A DNA stretch of 52,988 nucleotides, from assembly GCF_018336475.1 (NCBI RefSeq), contig NZ_CP048741.1, positions 2,511,392 through 2,564,379 on the forward strand, written 5' to 3'. The notes beneath the pieces are model-generated. The model did no database searches and had not been told where the DNA came from. It saw only the letters and a program-made list of their open reading frames with translations. The position numbers and the translations under genes are program-made. Source of the DNA: Romboutsia sp. 13368 (lineage in GTDB: Bacteria > Bacillota > Clostridia > Peptostreptococcales > Peptostreptococcaceae). The number at the start of each line of letters is the position of its first letter. Positions within the stretch are counted from its first letter, which is position 1. Shown here one piece after another: positions 18,897 to 28,457 of the stretch.

Positions 18897-18922
18897 AAAC
18901 ACTAAATTTTTTAGATTATAAT
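18862..18922 (+). promoter_or_regulatory. sigH sigma-A promoter with upstream Spo0A box
   Basis: TGTCGAA (18862-18868), TTGAAA (18893-18898)-N18-TATAAT (18917-18922). Confidence 0.65.
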
Positions 18923-18956
18923 AAAGCTATGAAACTGTTTTATGGGGGAGAGAAAC

Positions 18957-19604
18957 ATGTTAGTAGCAAATGTTGAATTTTACGAATCAATAGATAACTG
19001 TCAGAAAGATGAGTATGATATAGTATTAAAAGCAAGTAATGGGGATAAAATAGCATTAGAATATATTATAAAAAAATATAAAAACTTTGTAAAAGCTAAA
19101 GCAAAGTCATATTTTTTAATAGGTGCAGATAAAGAGGATATAATTCAAGAGGGAATGATAGGATTATACAAAGCAGTTAGAGACTTTGATGCTACTAAAA
19201 CAAATTCATTTAAAGGATTTGCTGAGATATGTATAACTAGACAGATAATAACAGCAATAAAAACAGCAACACGACAAAAACATATACCTTTGAATTCATA
19301 TATATCTTTAAATAAACCTATATATGATGAGGAATCAGAAAGAACACTTTTGGATATAATTGCAACTAGTATAGTTACAGATCCAGAGGAACTTATAATA
19401 AGTAAGGAAGAGCTAAAGCACATAGAATCAAAGATGAATGAGTTACTAAGTGATTTAGAATTACAAGTAGTAGAGTACTATTTAAACGGTAAGTCATATC
19501 AATACATAGCGGACAAGCTTCAAAGAGATGTAAAATCAATAGATAATGCTCTTCAAAGAGTAAAGAGAAAATTGGAAAAACATCTTGAAAACAGAAATAA
19601 TTAA
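18957..19604 (+). CDS. sigH: RNA polymerase sigma-H factor
   Basis: DIIQEGMIGLYKAVRDF, TATRQKHIPLNSYISL, KSIDNALQRVKRKLE; ATG 18957 follows SD GGGGGAG (ORF track starts 18942). Confidence 0.96.
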   Translation: MLVANVEFYESIDNCQKDEYDIVLKASNGDKIALEYIIKKYKNFVKAKAKSYFLIGADKEDIIQEGMIGLYKAVRDFDATKTNSFKGFAEICITRQIITAIKTATRQKHIPLNSYISLNKPIYDEESERTLLDIIATSIVTDPEELIISKEELKHIESKMNELLSDLELQVVEYYLNGKSYQYIADKLQRDVKSIDNALQRVKRKLEKHLENRNN

Positions 19605-19613
19605 TAGTAAAAT
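19585..19613 (+). promoter_or_regulatory. Sigma-A promoter of tuf copy 1
   Basis: TTGAAA-N17-TAAAAT. Confidence 0.65.
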
Positions 19614-19675
19614 ACTTACCATAAGCTTATTATAAGCGTAATATTAAAAAATATTAATCAAGGAGGTATTTCAAA

Positions 19676-20869
19676 ATGGCTAAAGCTAAATTTGAAAGAA
19701 ATAAGCCGCACGTTAATATAGGAACAATAGGACACGTTGACCACGGTAAAACTACATTAACAGCTGCAATAACAAAAACATTACACGAGAGATATCAATT
19801 AGGAGAAGCTGTAGACTTCGCTAACATAGATAAAGCTCCAGAAGAAAGAGAAAGAGGTATAACAATATCTACTGCTCACGTTGAGTACGAAACTCCAAAC
19901 AGACACTACGCTCACGTTGACTGCCCAGGACATGCTGACTACGTTAAGAACATGATAACAGGTGCTGCTCAAATGGACGGTGCTATATTAGTTTGTTCAG
20001 CAACAGATGGACCAATGCCTCAAACAAGAGAGCATATATTATTATCAAGACAAGTTGGTGTACCATACATAGTAGTATTCTTAAACAAATGTGATATGGT
20101 AGATGACGAAGAATTATTAGAGTTAGTTGAAATGGAAGTAAGAGACTTATTAAATGAGTACGAATTCCCAGGAGATGACACTCCAATAATAAGAGGATCT
20201 GCTTTAATGGCATTAGAAAACCCAGCTTCTGAGTGGGGAGACAAAATAGTTGAATTATTCGAGCAAATAGATGCTTATATACCAGAACCAGAAAGAGATG
20301 TTGATAAGAACTTCTTAATGCCAGTAGAAGACGTATTCTCTATAACAGGTAGAGGAACAGTTGCTACAGGTAGAGTTGAAAGAGGAGTATTAAAGGTTCA
20401 AGACGAAGTTGAAATAGTAGGTTTAGCTGATGAGCCAAGAAAAGTTGTAGTAACAGGAGTAGAAATGTTCAGAAAGTTATTAGACCAAGCACAAGCTGGA
20501 GATAACATAGGAGCATTAATAAGAGGGGTACAAAGAAATGAAATAGAAAGAGGACAAGTTATGGCTAAGCCAGGAACAGTTAAGCCTCACACTAAATTCA
20601 TGGCAGAAGTATACGTTCTTAAAAAAGAAGAAGGTGGAAGACACACTCCATTCTTCGATGGATACAGACCACAATTCTACTTCAGAACAACAGACGTTAC
20701 AGGAGCTTGTAAGTTACCAGAAGGTATAGAAATGGTTATGCCTGGAGATAACGTAACAATGTCAGTTGAGTTAATAAACTCAATAGCAATAGAAGAAGGA
20801 TTAAGATTCGCAATAAGAGAAGGTGGAAGAACAGTAGCATCAGGAGTTGTTGCTTCTATAGTTGAATAA
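19676..20869 (+). CDS. tuf: Elongation factor Tu, copy 1
   Basis: [26 protein letters not shown]. Confidence 0.99.
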   Translation: MAKAKFERNKPHVNIGTIGHVDHGKTTLTAAITKTLHERYQLGEAVDFANIDKAPEERERGITISTAHVEYETPNRHYAHVDCPGHADYVKNMITGAAQMDGAILVCSATDGPMPQTREHILLSRQVGVPYIVVFLNKCDMVDDEELLELVEMEVRDLLNEYEFPGDDTPIIRGSALMALENPASEWGDKIVELFEQIDAYIPEPERDVDKNFLMPVEDVFSITGRGTVATGRVERGVLKVQDEVEIVGLADEPRKVVVTGVEMFRKLLDQAQAGDNIGALIRGVQRNEIERGQVMAKPGTVKPHTKFMAEVYVLKKEEGGRHTPFFDGYRPQFYFRTTDVTGACKLPEGIEMVMPGDNVTMSVELINSIAIEEGLRFAIREGGRTVASGVVASIVE

Positions 20870-20896
20870 TCTTCTTTAAAGTGATTAATAATAGAC

Positions 20897-20927
20897 AAAA
20901 AAAGAGGAGTATAACTCCTCTTTTTTT
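20897..20927 (+). terminator. Terminator after tuf copy 1
   Basis: AAAAAAAGAGGAGT-ata-ACTCCTCTTTTTTT. Confidence 0.9.
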
Positions 20928-20948
20928 AAGCTGGAATCTACAAAAACA

Positions 20949-20977
20949 TTGACACGACTATTATTTTATGATAACTT
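20949..20977 (+). promoter_or_regulatory. Sigma-A promoter of rpmG-secE-nusG
   Basis: TTGACA-N17-TAACTT with TGn extension. Confidence 0.7.
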
Positions 20978-21081
20978 ATACAAGGTAATGATTCAGGAAG
21001 GTGATAATACCTCAATAATATAAGTTAAGGTGTTATTTAACTATATATATTATTATATTAATAAAGTTGGAGGTGTAGAAG

Positions 21082-21231
21082 ATGAGAGTTAAAGTAACTT
21101 TAGCATGTACAGAGTGTAAGCAAAGAAACTACAACACTACAAAAAACAAGAAGACTAACCCAGACAGAATAGAATTAAACAAATATTGTAAATTCTGTAA
21201 GAAACATACAGCTCATAAAGAAACAAAATAG
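21082..21231 (+). CDS. rpmG: 50S ribosomal protein L33, Zn-binding form (49 aa, below ORF-track cutoff)
   Basis: [17 protein letters not shown]...[16 protein letters not shown]; SD GGAGGTG. Confidence 0.97.
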   Translation: MRVKVTLACTECKQRNYNTTKNKKTNPDRIELNKYCKFCKKHTAHKETK

Positions 21232-21256
21232 TTTTATTTAAGGAGTGAGTTTAACA

Positions 21257-21478
21257 GTGGCTGCCCAAGCAAATCAAGGCGCAGAAACTAAAAAAAGATT
21301 CAGTTTATTCACTTATATAAAAGAGACTAAACAAGAATTAAAAAGAGTTTCTTGGCCTACAAAAAAAGAATTACTTAAAAACACAGGCGTGGTTTTAACT
21401 GTAGTTATTTCAGCTACTATATTAGTGTGGGTTTTAGATACTGCATTACAAAGTGCTCTAGGGCTTATACTGAAATAG
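21257..21478 (+). CDS. secE: Preprotein translocase subunit SecE
   Basis: ELKRVSWPTKKEL plus one TM helix; GTG 21257 after SD AGGAGTG. Confidence 0.94.
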   Translation: MAAQANQGAETKKRFSLFTYIKETKQELKRVSWPTKKELLKNTGVVLTVVISATILVWVLDTALQSALGLILK

Positions 21479-21497
21479 ACGAAAAGGAGAAAACAAT

Positions 21498-22040
21498 ATG
21501 TCAGAATTACAAGAAGCAAGATGGTATGTTGTGCATACTTATTCAGGGCATGAAAATAAAGTTAAAGCTACTATAGAAAAAGCTGTAAAAACAAGAGGAA
21601 TGGAAGACTATATAACACAATTAGTTGTTCCTACTGAAGATGTAGTCGAAACTACAAAAACAGGAAAAGAAAAAACTAGACAGCGTAAGGTGTTTCCAAG
21701 TTATGTCTTAGTTAAAATGATAATCACAGATGAATCTTGGTATATCGTAAGAAATACTAAGGGTGTTACTGGATTCGTTGGACCAGGTTCAAAGCCAGTA
21801 CCATTAAGTGATGATGAAGTAAGAGCTATGGGCATAGAAATTGACGTTCCTAAGATAGTTAACCCAGATGTAGACTTAGAAATAGGTGATACAGTTGAGG
21901 TTGCTAAAGGTCCTTTCAGTGGACAAGTAGGTAATGTTGAAGAAATCAACCTGGAAACAAAAGAAGCAAAAGTGTGTATAGATGCATTTGGCAAGAAGAC
22001 TCTATTTGTAATAGAGTTTGAAAATATACAAAAAATATAA
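21498..22040 (+). CDS. nusG: Transcription factor NusG
   Basis: WYVVHTYSGHENKV, FPSYVLV, VTGFVG, KOW domain. Confidence 0.97.
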   Translation: MSELQEARWYVVHTYSGHENKVKATIEKAVKTRGMEDYITQLVVPTEDVVETTKTGKEKTRQRKVFPSYVLVKMIITDESWYIVRNTKGVTGFVGPGSKPVPLSDDEVRAMGIEIDVPKIVNPDVDLEIGDTVEVAKGPFSGQVGNVEEINLETKEAKVCIDAFGKKTLFVIEFENIQKI

Positions 22041-22078
22041 TAAAATTAAGATAGAAAATTTTTGAGGAGGTGCGCTCA

Positions 22079-22504
22079 ATGGCTAAAAAAGTTATAGGTC
22101 AAATAAAATTACAAATACCTGCAGGTAAGGCAACGCCAGCTCCACCAGTTGGGCCAGCGTTAGGACAACACGGTGTTAACATAATGGGATTCACTAAGGA
22201 GTTCAATGCAAAAACTGCAGATCAAGCAGGAATGATAATACCAGTTGTTATAACTGTATACCAAGATAGATCATTCTCATTCATAACAAAAACTCCTCCA
22301 GCTGCAGTATTATTAAAGAAAGCTGCTGGATTAGATACAGCTTCAGGAGAACCTAACAAGAAGAAAGTTGCTACTTTATCTTCTGCTAAGGTAAGAGAAA
22401 TAGCTGAATTAAAAATGCCTGACTTAAATGCTGCATCAGTAGAAGCTGCTATGAGTATGATAGCTGGTACTGCAAGAAGTATGGGTATCGTTGTAGAAGA
22501 CTAA
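22079..22504 (+). CDS. rplK: 50S ribosomal protein L11
   Basis: [18 protein letters not shown]. Confidence 0.98.
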   Translation: MAKKVIGQIKLQIPAGKATPAPPVGPALGQHGVNIMGFTKEFNAKTADQAGMIIPVVITVYQDRSFSFITKTPPAAVLLKKAAGLDTASGEPNKKKVATLSSAKVREIAELKMPDLNAASVEAAMSMIAGTARSMGIVVED

Positions 22505-22537
22505 TTTTTAAATAAGAATTAGACACTTCGTATAGAA

Positions 22538-22567
22538 GTGGGAGGCTAAAAAGCCGAATATAACCAC
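22538..22567 (+). promoter_or_regulatory. L1-binding leader upstream of rplA
   Basis: GTGGGAGGC-taaaaa-GCCGAATATAACCAC stem with asymmetric purine-rich internal loop, immediately 5' of the rplA SD; this is the position used in Firmicutes. Confidence 0.7.
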
Positions 22568-22582
22568 AAGGAGGAAAATAAA

Positions 22583-23281
22583 ATGGCAAAGAAAAGTAAA
22601 AAATACGCAGAAGCGTTAAACAAAATAGACAGAACTAGATTATATGATGCTACAGAAGCTTTATCTTTAGTTGCAGAAGTTGCTACAGCTAAGTTTGATG
22701 AAACTGTTGAAGCTCATATAAAATTAGGTGTTGACTCAAGACATGCTGATCAACAAGTTAGAGGTGCGGTTGTATTACCACACGGAACTGGTAAAACTAA
22801 GAGAGTTTTAGTTTTCGCTAAAGGAGCTAAAGCTGCTGAAGCTGAAGCTGCTGGAGCTGACTTTGTAGGAGCTGAAGAATTAGTTCAAAAAATACAAGGT
22901 GAAAACTGGTTCGAATTCGATATAGTTGTTGCTACTCCAGACATGATGGGTGTAGTAGGTAGATTAGGTAGAGTATTAGGACCTAAAGGTTTAATGCCAA
23001 ACCCTAAATCAGGAACTGTTACTTTCGATGTAGCTAAAGCTATAGACGAAATAAAAGCAGGTAAAGTAGAATACAGATTAGACAAAACTAACATAATACA
23101 CGTTCCAGTAGGAAAAGTATCATTTGGTGGAGAAAAGTTAGCTGAAAACTTTGCTGCATTAATGGATGCAATAGTTAAGGCTAAGCCAGCAGCTGCTAAA
23201 GGACAATACTTAAGAAGTATAGCAGTAGCTTCTACTATGGGACCTGGTGTTAAAATAAACCCAGCTAAAATAGCAGAATAA
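22583..23281 (+). CDS. rplA: 50S ribosomal protein L1
   Basis: [31 protein letters not shown]. Confidence 0.98.
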   Translation: MAKKSKKYAEALNKIDRTRLYDATEALSLVAEVATAKFDETVEAHIKLGVDSRHADQQVRGAVVLPHGTGKTKRVLVFAKGAKAAEAEAAGADFVGAEELVQKIQGENWFEFDIVVATPDMMGVVGRLGRVLGPKGLMPNPKSGTVTFDVAKAIDEIKAGKVEYRLDKTNIIHVPVGKVSFGGEKLAENFAALMDAIVKAKPAAAKGQYLRSIAVASTMGPGVKINPAKIAE

Positions 23282-23289
23282 TAAAATTC

Positions 23290-23318
23290 TTGACAACCAA
23301 ATACAAAAATGTTAATAT
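23290..23318 (+). promoter_or_regulatory. Sigma-A promoter of rplJL
   Basis: TTGACA-N17-TAATAT with TGn extension. Confidence 0.75.
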
Positions 23319-23344
23319 AACAATTGTTGATATAAAAAAGAATA

Positions 23345-23455
23345 GATTTGCCGTAGACAGTAGGTGCTGAAAAGCTTAATTTCCTACCGAGGTTTTAGAT
23401 AAATTGAAATTACTAAAGCTTTTGTTGTCTGTTTTGTCACCAAAAGCTTTTTTAA
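23345..23455 (+). promoter_or_regulatory. L10 leader with attenuator hairpin
   Basis: CCGTAGACAGTAGGTGC...TAATTTCCTACCGAGG core, then AAAGCTTTTG...CAAAAGCTTT-TTT. Confidence 0.85.
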
Positions 23456-23507
23456 ATGAGATTGCGGCGAATACTAAACCTATTAGGTGAAGGAGGTGCA
23501 CATCTAT

Positions 23508-24011
23508 ATGAGAAAAGCTATAGAACTTAAGTCACAAGTTGTTTCTGAAATAGTTGAAAAATTAGAAAAATCATCATCTGCTATAGTTGTTGATTACAAA
23601 GGATTAACAGTTGAAGAGGTAACTGAATTAAGAAAGAAAATGAGAGAAGCTGGTGTTGAATACAAAGTATACAAAAACACTTTAGTTAGAAAAGCTGCTA
23701 AAGAAGTTGGTATAGAACAATTCAACGACGAGTTATTAGTTGGAACTAATGCAATAGCATTCGGATATGAAGATCCAGTTGCTCCAGCTAGAATATTAAA
23801 AGATTTTATGGATGCTCATCCAAAAATGCAATTAAAAATGGGTGTAGTAGAAGGTGAATTCTACAACGAATCTCAAATAGTTGAGTTCGCTAACATACCA
23901 TCAAGAGAAGTTCTTCTTGCTAAGTTACTTGGTAGCTTAAAAGCTCCAATGTCAAACTTCGCATACTTAATAGATGCTTTAATAAAGAAACAAGAAGGAC
24001 AAGAAGCTTAA
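23508..24011 (+). CDS. rplJ: 50S ribosomal protein L10
   Basis: VVDYKGLTV, KVYKNTL, PSREVLLAKLLG; ATG 23508 after SD AGGAGGTG. Confidence 0.97.
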   Translation: MRKAIELKSQVVSEIVEKLEKSSSAIVVDYKGLTVEEVTELRKKMREAGVEYKVYKNTLVRKAAKEVGIEQFNDELLVGTNAIAFGYEDPVAPARILKDFMDAHPKMQLKMGVVEGEFYNESQIVEFANIPSREVLLAKLLGSLKAPMSNFAYLIDALIKKQEGQEA

Positions 24012-24091
24012 TTGTCAATTTAGAAAAGTTAGATATTGTAATATAATAACTTAAAAATAAAATTATTGAAAAAAATTCGGAGGTGCTAAAA

Positions 24092-24454
24092 ATGACAATA
24101 GAACAAATATTAGAAGCTATAGAAAACATGAAAGTTTTAGAATTAAATGAATTAGTTAAAGCTGCTGAAGAAAAATTCGGTGTATCTGCTTCAGCTCCAG
24201 TTATGATGGCTGGTGCAGTTGCTGGTGGAGCTGCTGAAGAAAAAACTGAATTCGACGTAGTATTAGCAAACGCTGGTGCTTCAAAAGTTGGAGTTATAAA
24301 AGCTGTTAGAGAAGTAACAGGATTAGGATTAAAAGAAGCTAAAGAAGTAGTTGATAACGCTCCTAAGACATTAAAAGAAGGTGTTTCTAAAGAAGAAGCT
24401 GACCAAATAAAAGAAAAATTAGAAGCTGCTGGAGCTACAATAGAAGTTAAGTAG
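24092..24454 (+). CDS. rplL: 50S ribosomal protein L7/L12
   Basis: [21 protein letters not shown]. Confidence 0.98.
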   Translation: MTIEQILEAIENMKVLELNELVKAAEEKFGVSASAPVMMAGAVAGGAAEEKTEFDVVLANAGASKVGVIKAVREVTGLGLKEAKEVVDNAPKTLKEGVSKEEADQIKEKLEAAGATIEVK

Positions 24455-24463
24455 TTTTCTTTC

Positions 24464-24494
24464 AAAAAGATGTCCTTATGGACATCTTTTTTTA
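24464..24494 (+). terminator. Terminator after rplL
   Basis: AAAAAGATGTCC-ttat-GGACATCTTTTTTT. Confidence 0.9.
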
Positions 24495-24618
24495 TTTTTA
24501 TAAAAGTTTGAATAAAATATGTATAAAAATAGAATTTTAGATTAGAATTTTGTACATAATAAATAATGCATATTTTATGAAAAGCATTATTTATACGAGT
24601 CTATACATAAGTTATATA

Positions 24619-24647
24619 TTGAAAAATGTTATTTGTTATGATAAAAT
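24619..24647 (+). promoter_or_regulatory. Sigma-A promoter of rpoBC
   Basis: TTGAAA-N17-TAAAAT with TGn extension. Confidence 0.75.
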
Positions 24648-24707
24648 TATTAGATGCGTTACAATGAACTATGGTTTTATTTTTAATTATTGAGAGGTGA
24701 ATAGTGA

Positions 24708-27700
24708 ATGCCACATCCTGTCACGATAGGTAAAAGGACTAGAATGAGCTTTTCTAAGATAAAAGAAATAGCTGACGTGCCAAATCTTATAGAACTACAA
24801 GTAGATTCTTATAAGTGGTTTATTGAAGAGGGTCTTAAAGAAGTTTTTGAGGATATTTCTCCAATAGAAGATTACACAGGTAATCTTATATTAGAATTTG
24901 TAGATTACTCTTTAGATGATAAACCTAAATACGATATAGAAGAATGTAAAGATAGAGATGCTACATATTGTGCACCTCTAAAAGTAAAAGTAAGACTTAT
25001 AAACAAGGAAACTGGTGAAATAAAAGAGCAAGAAGTCTTCATGGGCGATTTCCCATTAATGACTGAAAAAGGTACTTTTGTTATCAACGGTGCAGAGAGA
25101 GTTATAGTAAGTCAATTAGTTAGATCTCCAGGAGTATACTATGCTCTAGAAAGAGATAAAACGGGTAAAAAATTAATCTCATCTACAGTTATACCAAACA
25201 GAGGAGCATGGTTAGAGTACGAAACAGATTCAAACGATGTAATATCTGTAAGAGTTGATAGAACTAGAAAACAACCAGTTACAGTTTTATTAAGAGCTTT
25301 AGGTATAGGTACAGATGCTGAGATAATAGAACTATTAGGTGAAGATGAAAGATTAGCTGCAACTTTAGAAAAAGATAACACTAAAACAGTTGAAGAGGGT
25401 CTAATAGAAATATACAAAAAGTTAAGACCGGGTGAACCTCCAACAGTAGAAAGTGCATCTTCTTTATTAAATGCATTATTCTTCGATCCTAAGAGATATG
25501 ATTTAGCAAAAGTAGGTAGATATAAATTCAACAAGAAACTTGCTTTATGCTATAGAATAATGAATAAAATATCAGCTGAAGATATAGTAAATCCTGAAAC
25601 AGGAGAAGTATTCGTTAAAGCTGGCGATAAGATAAGCTATGAAGTTGCTAAGGATATACAAAATTCAGGTATAAATGTAGTTACTTTATTAGCTGAAGAT
25701 GAAAAATCTGTTAAAGTTATAGGAAATAATTTCGTTGATATAAAATCACATGTTGATTTCGATATAGATGAATTAGATATAAAAGAACAAGTTCACTATC
25801 CAACTTTAAAAGAAATTTTAGAAGCTTATAGTGATGAAGAAGAAATAAAAGAAGCTATAAAGTTCAGAATAAAAGAACTTATACCAAAGCATATATTATT
25901 AGATGATATAATAGCTTCTATAAACTATGAATTCAACTTATTCCATGATATTGGAAATATAGATGATATAGATCACTTAGGTAACAGAAGAATAAGATCA
26001 GTTGGTGAGTTATTACAAAACCAAGTTAGAATAGGTCTTTCTAGAATGGAAAGAGTTATAAGAGAAAGAATGACTGTTCAAGATATGGAAGCTATAACGC
26101 CACAAGCGTTAGTTAACATAAGACCAGTTTCTGCTGCGATAAAAGAGTTCTTCGGAAGTTCTCAGTTATCACAGTTCATGGATCAAAATAACCCGTTATC
26201 TGAGTTAACACATAAGAGAAGATTATCTGCATTAGGACCAGGAGGTCTTTCAAGAGAAAGAGCTGGATTCGAAGTGCGTGACGTTCATCATTCTCACTAC
26301 GGAAGAATGTGTCCGATAGAAACTCCAGAAGGACCAAACATCGGTCTTATAAACTCATTATCTACTTATGCTAAGATAAATGAATTTGGATTCATAGAGT
26401 CTCCTTATAGAAAAGTTGACAAAGAATCTGGAAGAGTTACTAATGAGATACATTACTTAACTGCTGATGAAGAAGATTTATTCATAAGAGCCCAAGCAAA
26501 TGAACCATTAGAAGAAGATGGTACTTTTGTAAACAAGAGAGTAGTTTGTAGAACTGTAAATGGTGCAGTTGAACTAGTTCCTGTTAACAGAGTTGACTAC
26601 ATGGATATATCTCCAAAGCAAGTTGTTTCTATAGCGACTGCTATGATACCATTCTTAGAAAATGACGATGCCAACCGTGCGCTAATGGGAGCGAACATGC
26701 AACGTCAAGCAGTGCCTCTAGTTAGAAGAGAAGCACCAGTTATAGGTACAGGAGTTGAATATAGAGCTGCTAAGGACTCAGGTGCAGTTGTTGTTGCTAA
26801 AAACTCTGGTATAGCAGAGAGAGTAACAGCTGATGAAATAATAATAAAAAGAGAAGACGGAGTAAAAGATAGATACAAATTACTTAAGTTTAAACGTTCA
26901 AACGCAGGTACTTGTATAAACCAAACTCCTATAATAAATAAAGGTGACCAAATAGAAAAGGGTGACGTTATAGCAGATGGACCAGCTACTGACCTTGGGG
27001 AAATAGCATTAGGTAGAAATATGTTCGTAGCGTTCATGACTTGGGAAGGTTACAACTATGAGGATGCTATCTTAATAAACGAAAAATTAGTTAAAGAAGA
27101 TAGATTATCTACAATTCATATAGAAGAATATGAATGTGAAGCTAGAGATACAAAACTAGGACCAGAAGAAATAACTAGAGATATACCTAACGTTGGAGAA
27201 AGTGCTATAAAGGACTTAGATGAAAGAGGTATAATAAGAATAGGTGCTGAAGTAGATTCAGGAGATATATTAGTAGGTAAAGTAACTCCTAAAGGAGAAA
27301 CTGAACTTACAGCTGAAGAAAGATTACTTCGTGCAATATTCGGAGAAAAAGCTAGAGAAGTTAGAGATACTTCACTTAAAGTACCACATGGTGAAGGTGG
27401 TATAATAGTAGACGTAAAAGTGTTTACTAGAGAAAATGGAGATGATTTATCTCCAGGAGTTAACGAACTTGTTAGATGTTATATAGCTCAAAAGAGAAAG
27501 ATAAAAGTTGGAGATAAGATGGCCGGACGTCACGGTAACAAAGGGGTTATATCAAGAGTATTACCACAAGAAGACATGCCGTTCACAGAAGACGGAACTC
27601 CACTTGACATAGTTCTTAACCCACAAGGTATACCATCTCGTATGAACATCGGACAGGTTCTAGAAGTTCACTTAGGTCTTGCAGCTAAGGCTTTAGGATG

Positions 27701-28415
27701 GCATGTAGCTACATCAGTATTTGATGGTGCTAAAGAGTCAGATATAAGAAAGGCTTTAGTAGAAGCAGGTTACCCTGAAGATGGTAAATTAACATTATAT
27801 GATGGTAGAACAGGTGAAACATTCGATAACAGAATAACAGTTGGATACATGTACATGTTAAAACTGCATCACCTTGTTGATGACAAGTTACATGCAAGAA
27901 GTACAGGACCATACTCTTTAGTTACTCAACAACCATTAGGTGGTAAAGCACAATTTGGTGGACAGAGATTCGGGGAGATGGAGGTTTGGGCTCTAGAAGC
28001 ATACGGAGCTGCTCACATACTTCAAGAAATATTAACTGTTAAGTCAGATGACGTTGTAGGACGTGTTAGAGCGTACGAAGCAATAGTTAAAGGTGAAAAT
28101 ATACCTGAGCCAGGAATACCAGAATCATTCAAGGTTCTTATAAAAGAACTTCAAAGTTTATGCTTAGATGTAAAAGTATTATCAGAAGAAGATCAAGAAA
28201 TAGAAGTAAGAGAATCTTTAGATATGGATGATACAACTGGTGAGTTCGAATTAGATGTTATAGATAACATGAATGAAGTAGAACAAAATCATATAATAGA
28301 AGAAATAGATGACGAATTCATCGAAAATGATGAAGAAGACATAGATAGTTTAGACTTTGAAGATGAAGAAGACTTCGAATCATTAAACTATGAAGATGAA
28401 GACTTTGATGTATAA
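24708..28415 (+). CDS. rpoB: RNA polymerase beta subunit
   Basis: [55 protein letters not shown]. Confidence 0.99.
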   Translation: MPHPVTIGKRTRMSFSKIKEIADVPNLIELQVDSYKWFIEEGLKEVFEDISPIEDYTGNLILEFVDYSLDDKPKYDIEECKDRDATYCAPLKVKVRLINKETGEIKEQEVFMGDFPLMTEKGTFVINGAERVIVSQLVRSPGVYYALERDKTGKKLISSTVIPNRGAWLEYETDSNDVISVRVDRTRKQPVTVLLRALGIGTDAEIIELLGEDERLAATLEKDNTKTVEEGLIEIYKKLRPGEPPTVESASSLLNALFFDPKRYDLAKVGRYKFNKKLALCYRIMNKISAEDIVNPETGEVFVKAGDKISYEVAKDIQNSGINVVTLLAEDEKSVKVIGNNFVDIKSHVDFDIDELDIKEQVHYPTLKEILEAYSDEEEIKEAIKFRIKELIPKHILLDDIIASINYEFNLFHDIGNIDDIDHLGNRRIRSVGELLQNQVRIGLSRMERVIRERMTVQDMEAITPQALVNIRPVSAAIKEFFGSSQLSQFMDQNNPLSELTHKRRLSALGPGGLSRERAGFEVRDVHHSHYGRMCPIETPEGPNIGLINSLSTYAKINEFGFIESPYRKVDKESGRVTNEIHYLTADEEDLFIRAQANEPLEEDGTFVNKRVVCRTVNGAVELVPVNRVDYMDISPKQVVSIATAMIPFLENDDANRALMGANMQRQAVPLVRREAPVIGTGVEYRAAKDSGAVVVAKNSGIAERVTADEIIIKREDGVKDRYKLLKFKRSNAGTCINQTPIINKGDQIEKGDVIADGPATDLGEIALGRNMFVAFMTWEGYNYEDAILINEKLVKEDRLSTIHIEEYECEARDTKLGPEEITRDIPNVGESAIKDLDERGIIRIGAEVDSGDILVGKVTPKGETELTAEERLLRAIFGEKAREVRDTSLKVPHGEGGIIVDVKVFTRENGDDLSPGVNELVRCYIAQKRKIKVGDKMAGRHGNKGVISRVLPQEDMPFTEDGTPLDIVLNPQGIPSRMNIGQVLEVHLGLAAKALGWHVATSVFDGAKESDIRKALVEAGYPEDGKLTLYDGRTGETFDNRITVGYMYMLKLHHLVDDKLHARSTGPYSLVTQQPLGGKAQFGGQRFGEMEVWALEAYGAAHILQEILTVKSDDVVGRVRAYEAIVKGENIPEPGIPESFKVLIKELQSLCLDVKVLSEEDQEIEVRESLDMDDTTGEFELDVIDNMNEVEQNHIIEEIDDEFIENDEEDIDSLDFEDEEDFESLNYEDEDFDV

Positions 28416-28457
28416 ATTTAATTAACCGCAAATATCAAATAGAAGGGAGAGAACTCC

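Noticed and set aside
20870-21081. tRNA genes near tuf/rpmG
   Set aside because: No TTCGA-type T-loop or cloverleaf is visible here or in the other spacers.
24600-24612. 13-bp match TCTATACATAAGT with the T-box terminator loop (10774-10786)
   Set aside because: Matches of this length are expected many times by chance in 53 kb of AT-rich DNA.
26140-26360. Rifampicin-resistance substitutions in rpoB, and streptomycin-resistance substitutions in rpsL
   Set aside because: The cluster I Q, D, H, R and S residues and the S12 TPKKPNS and RVKDLPG motifs look wild type.
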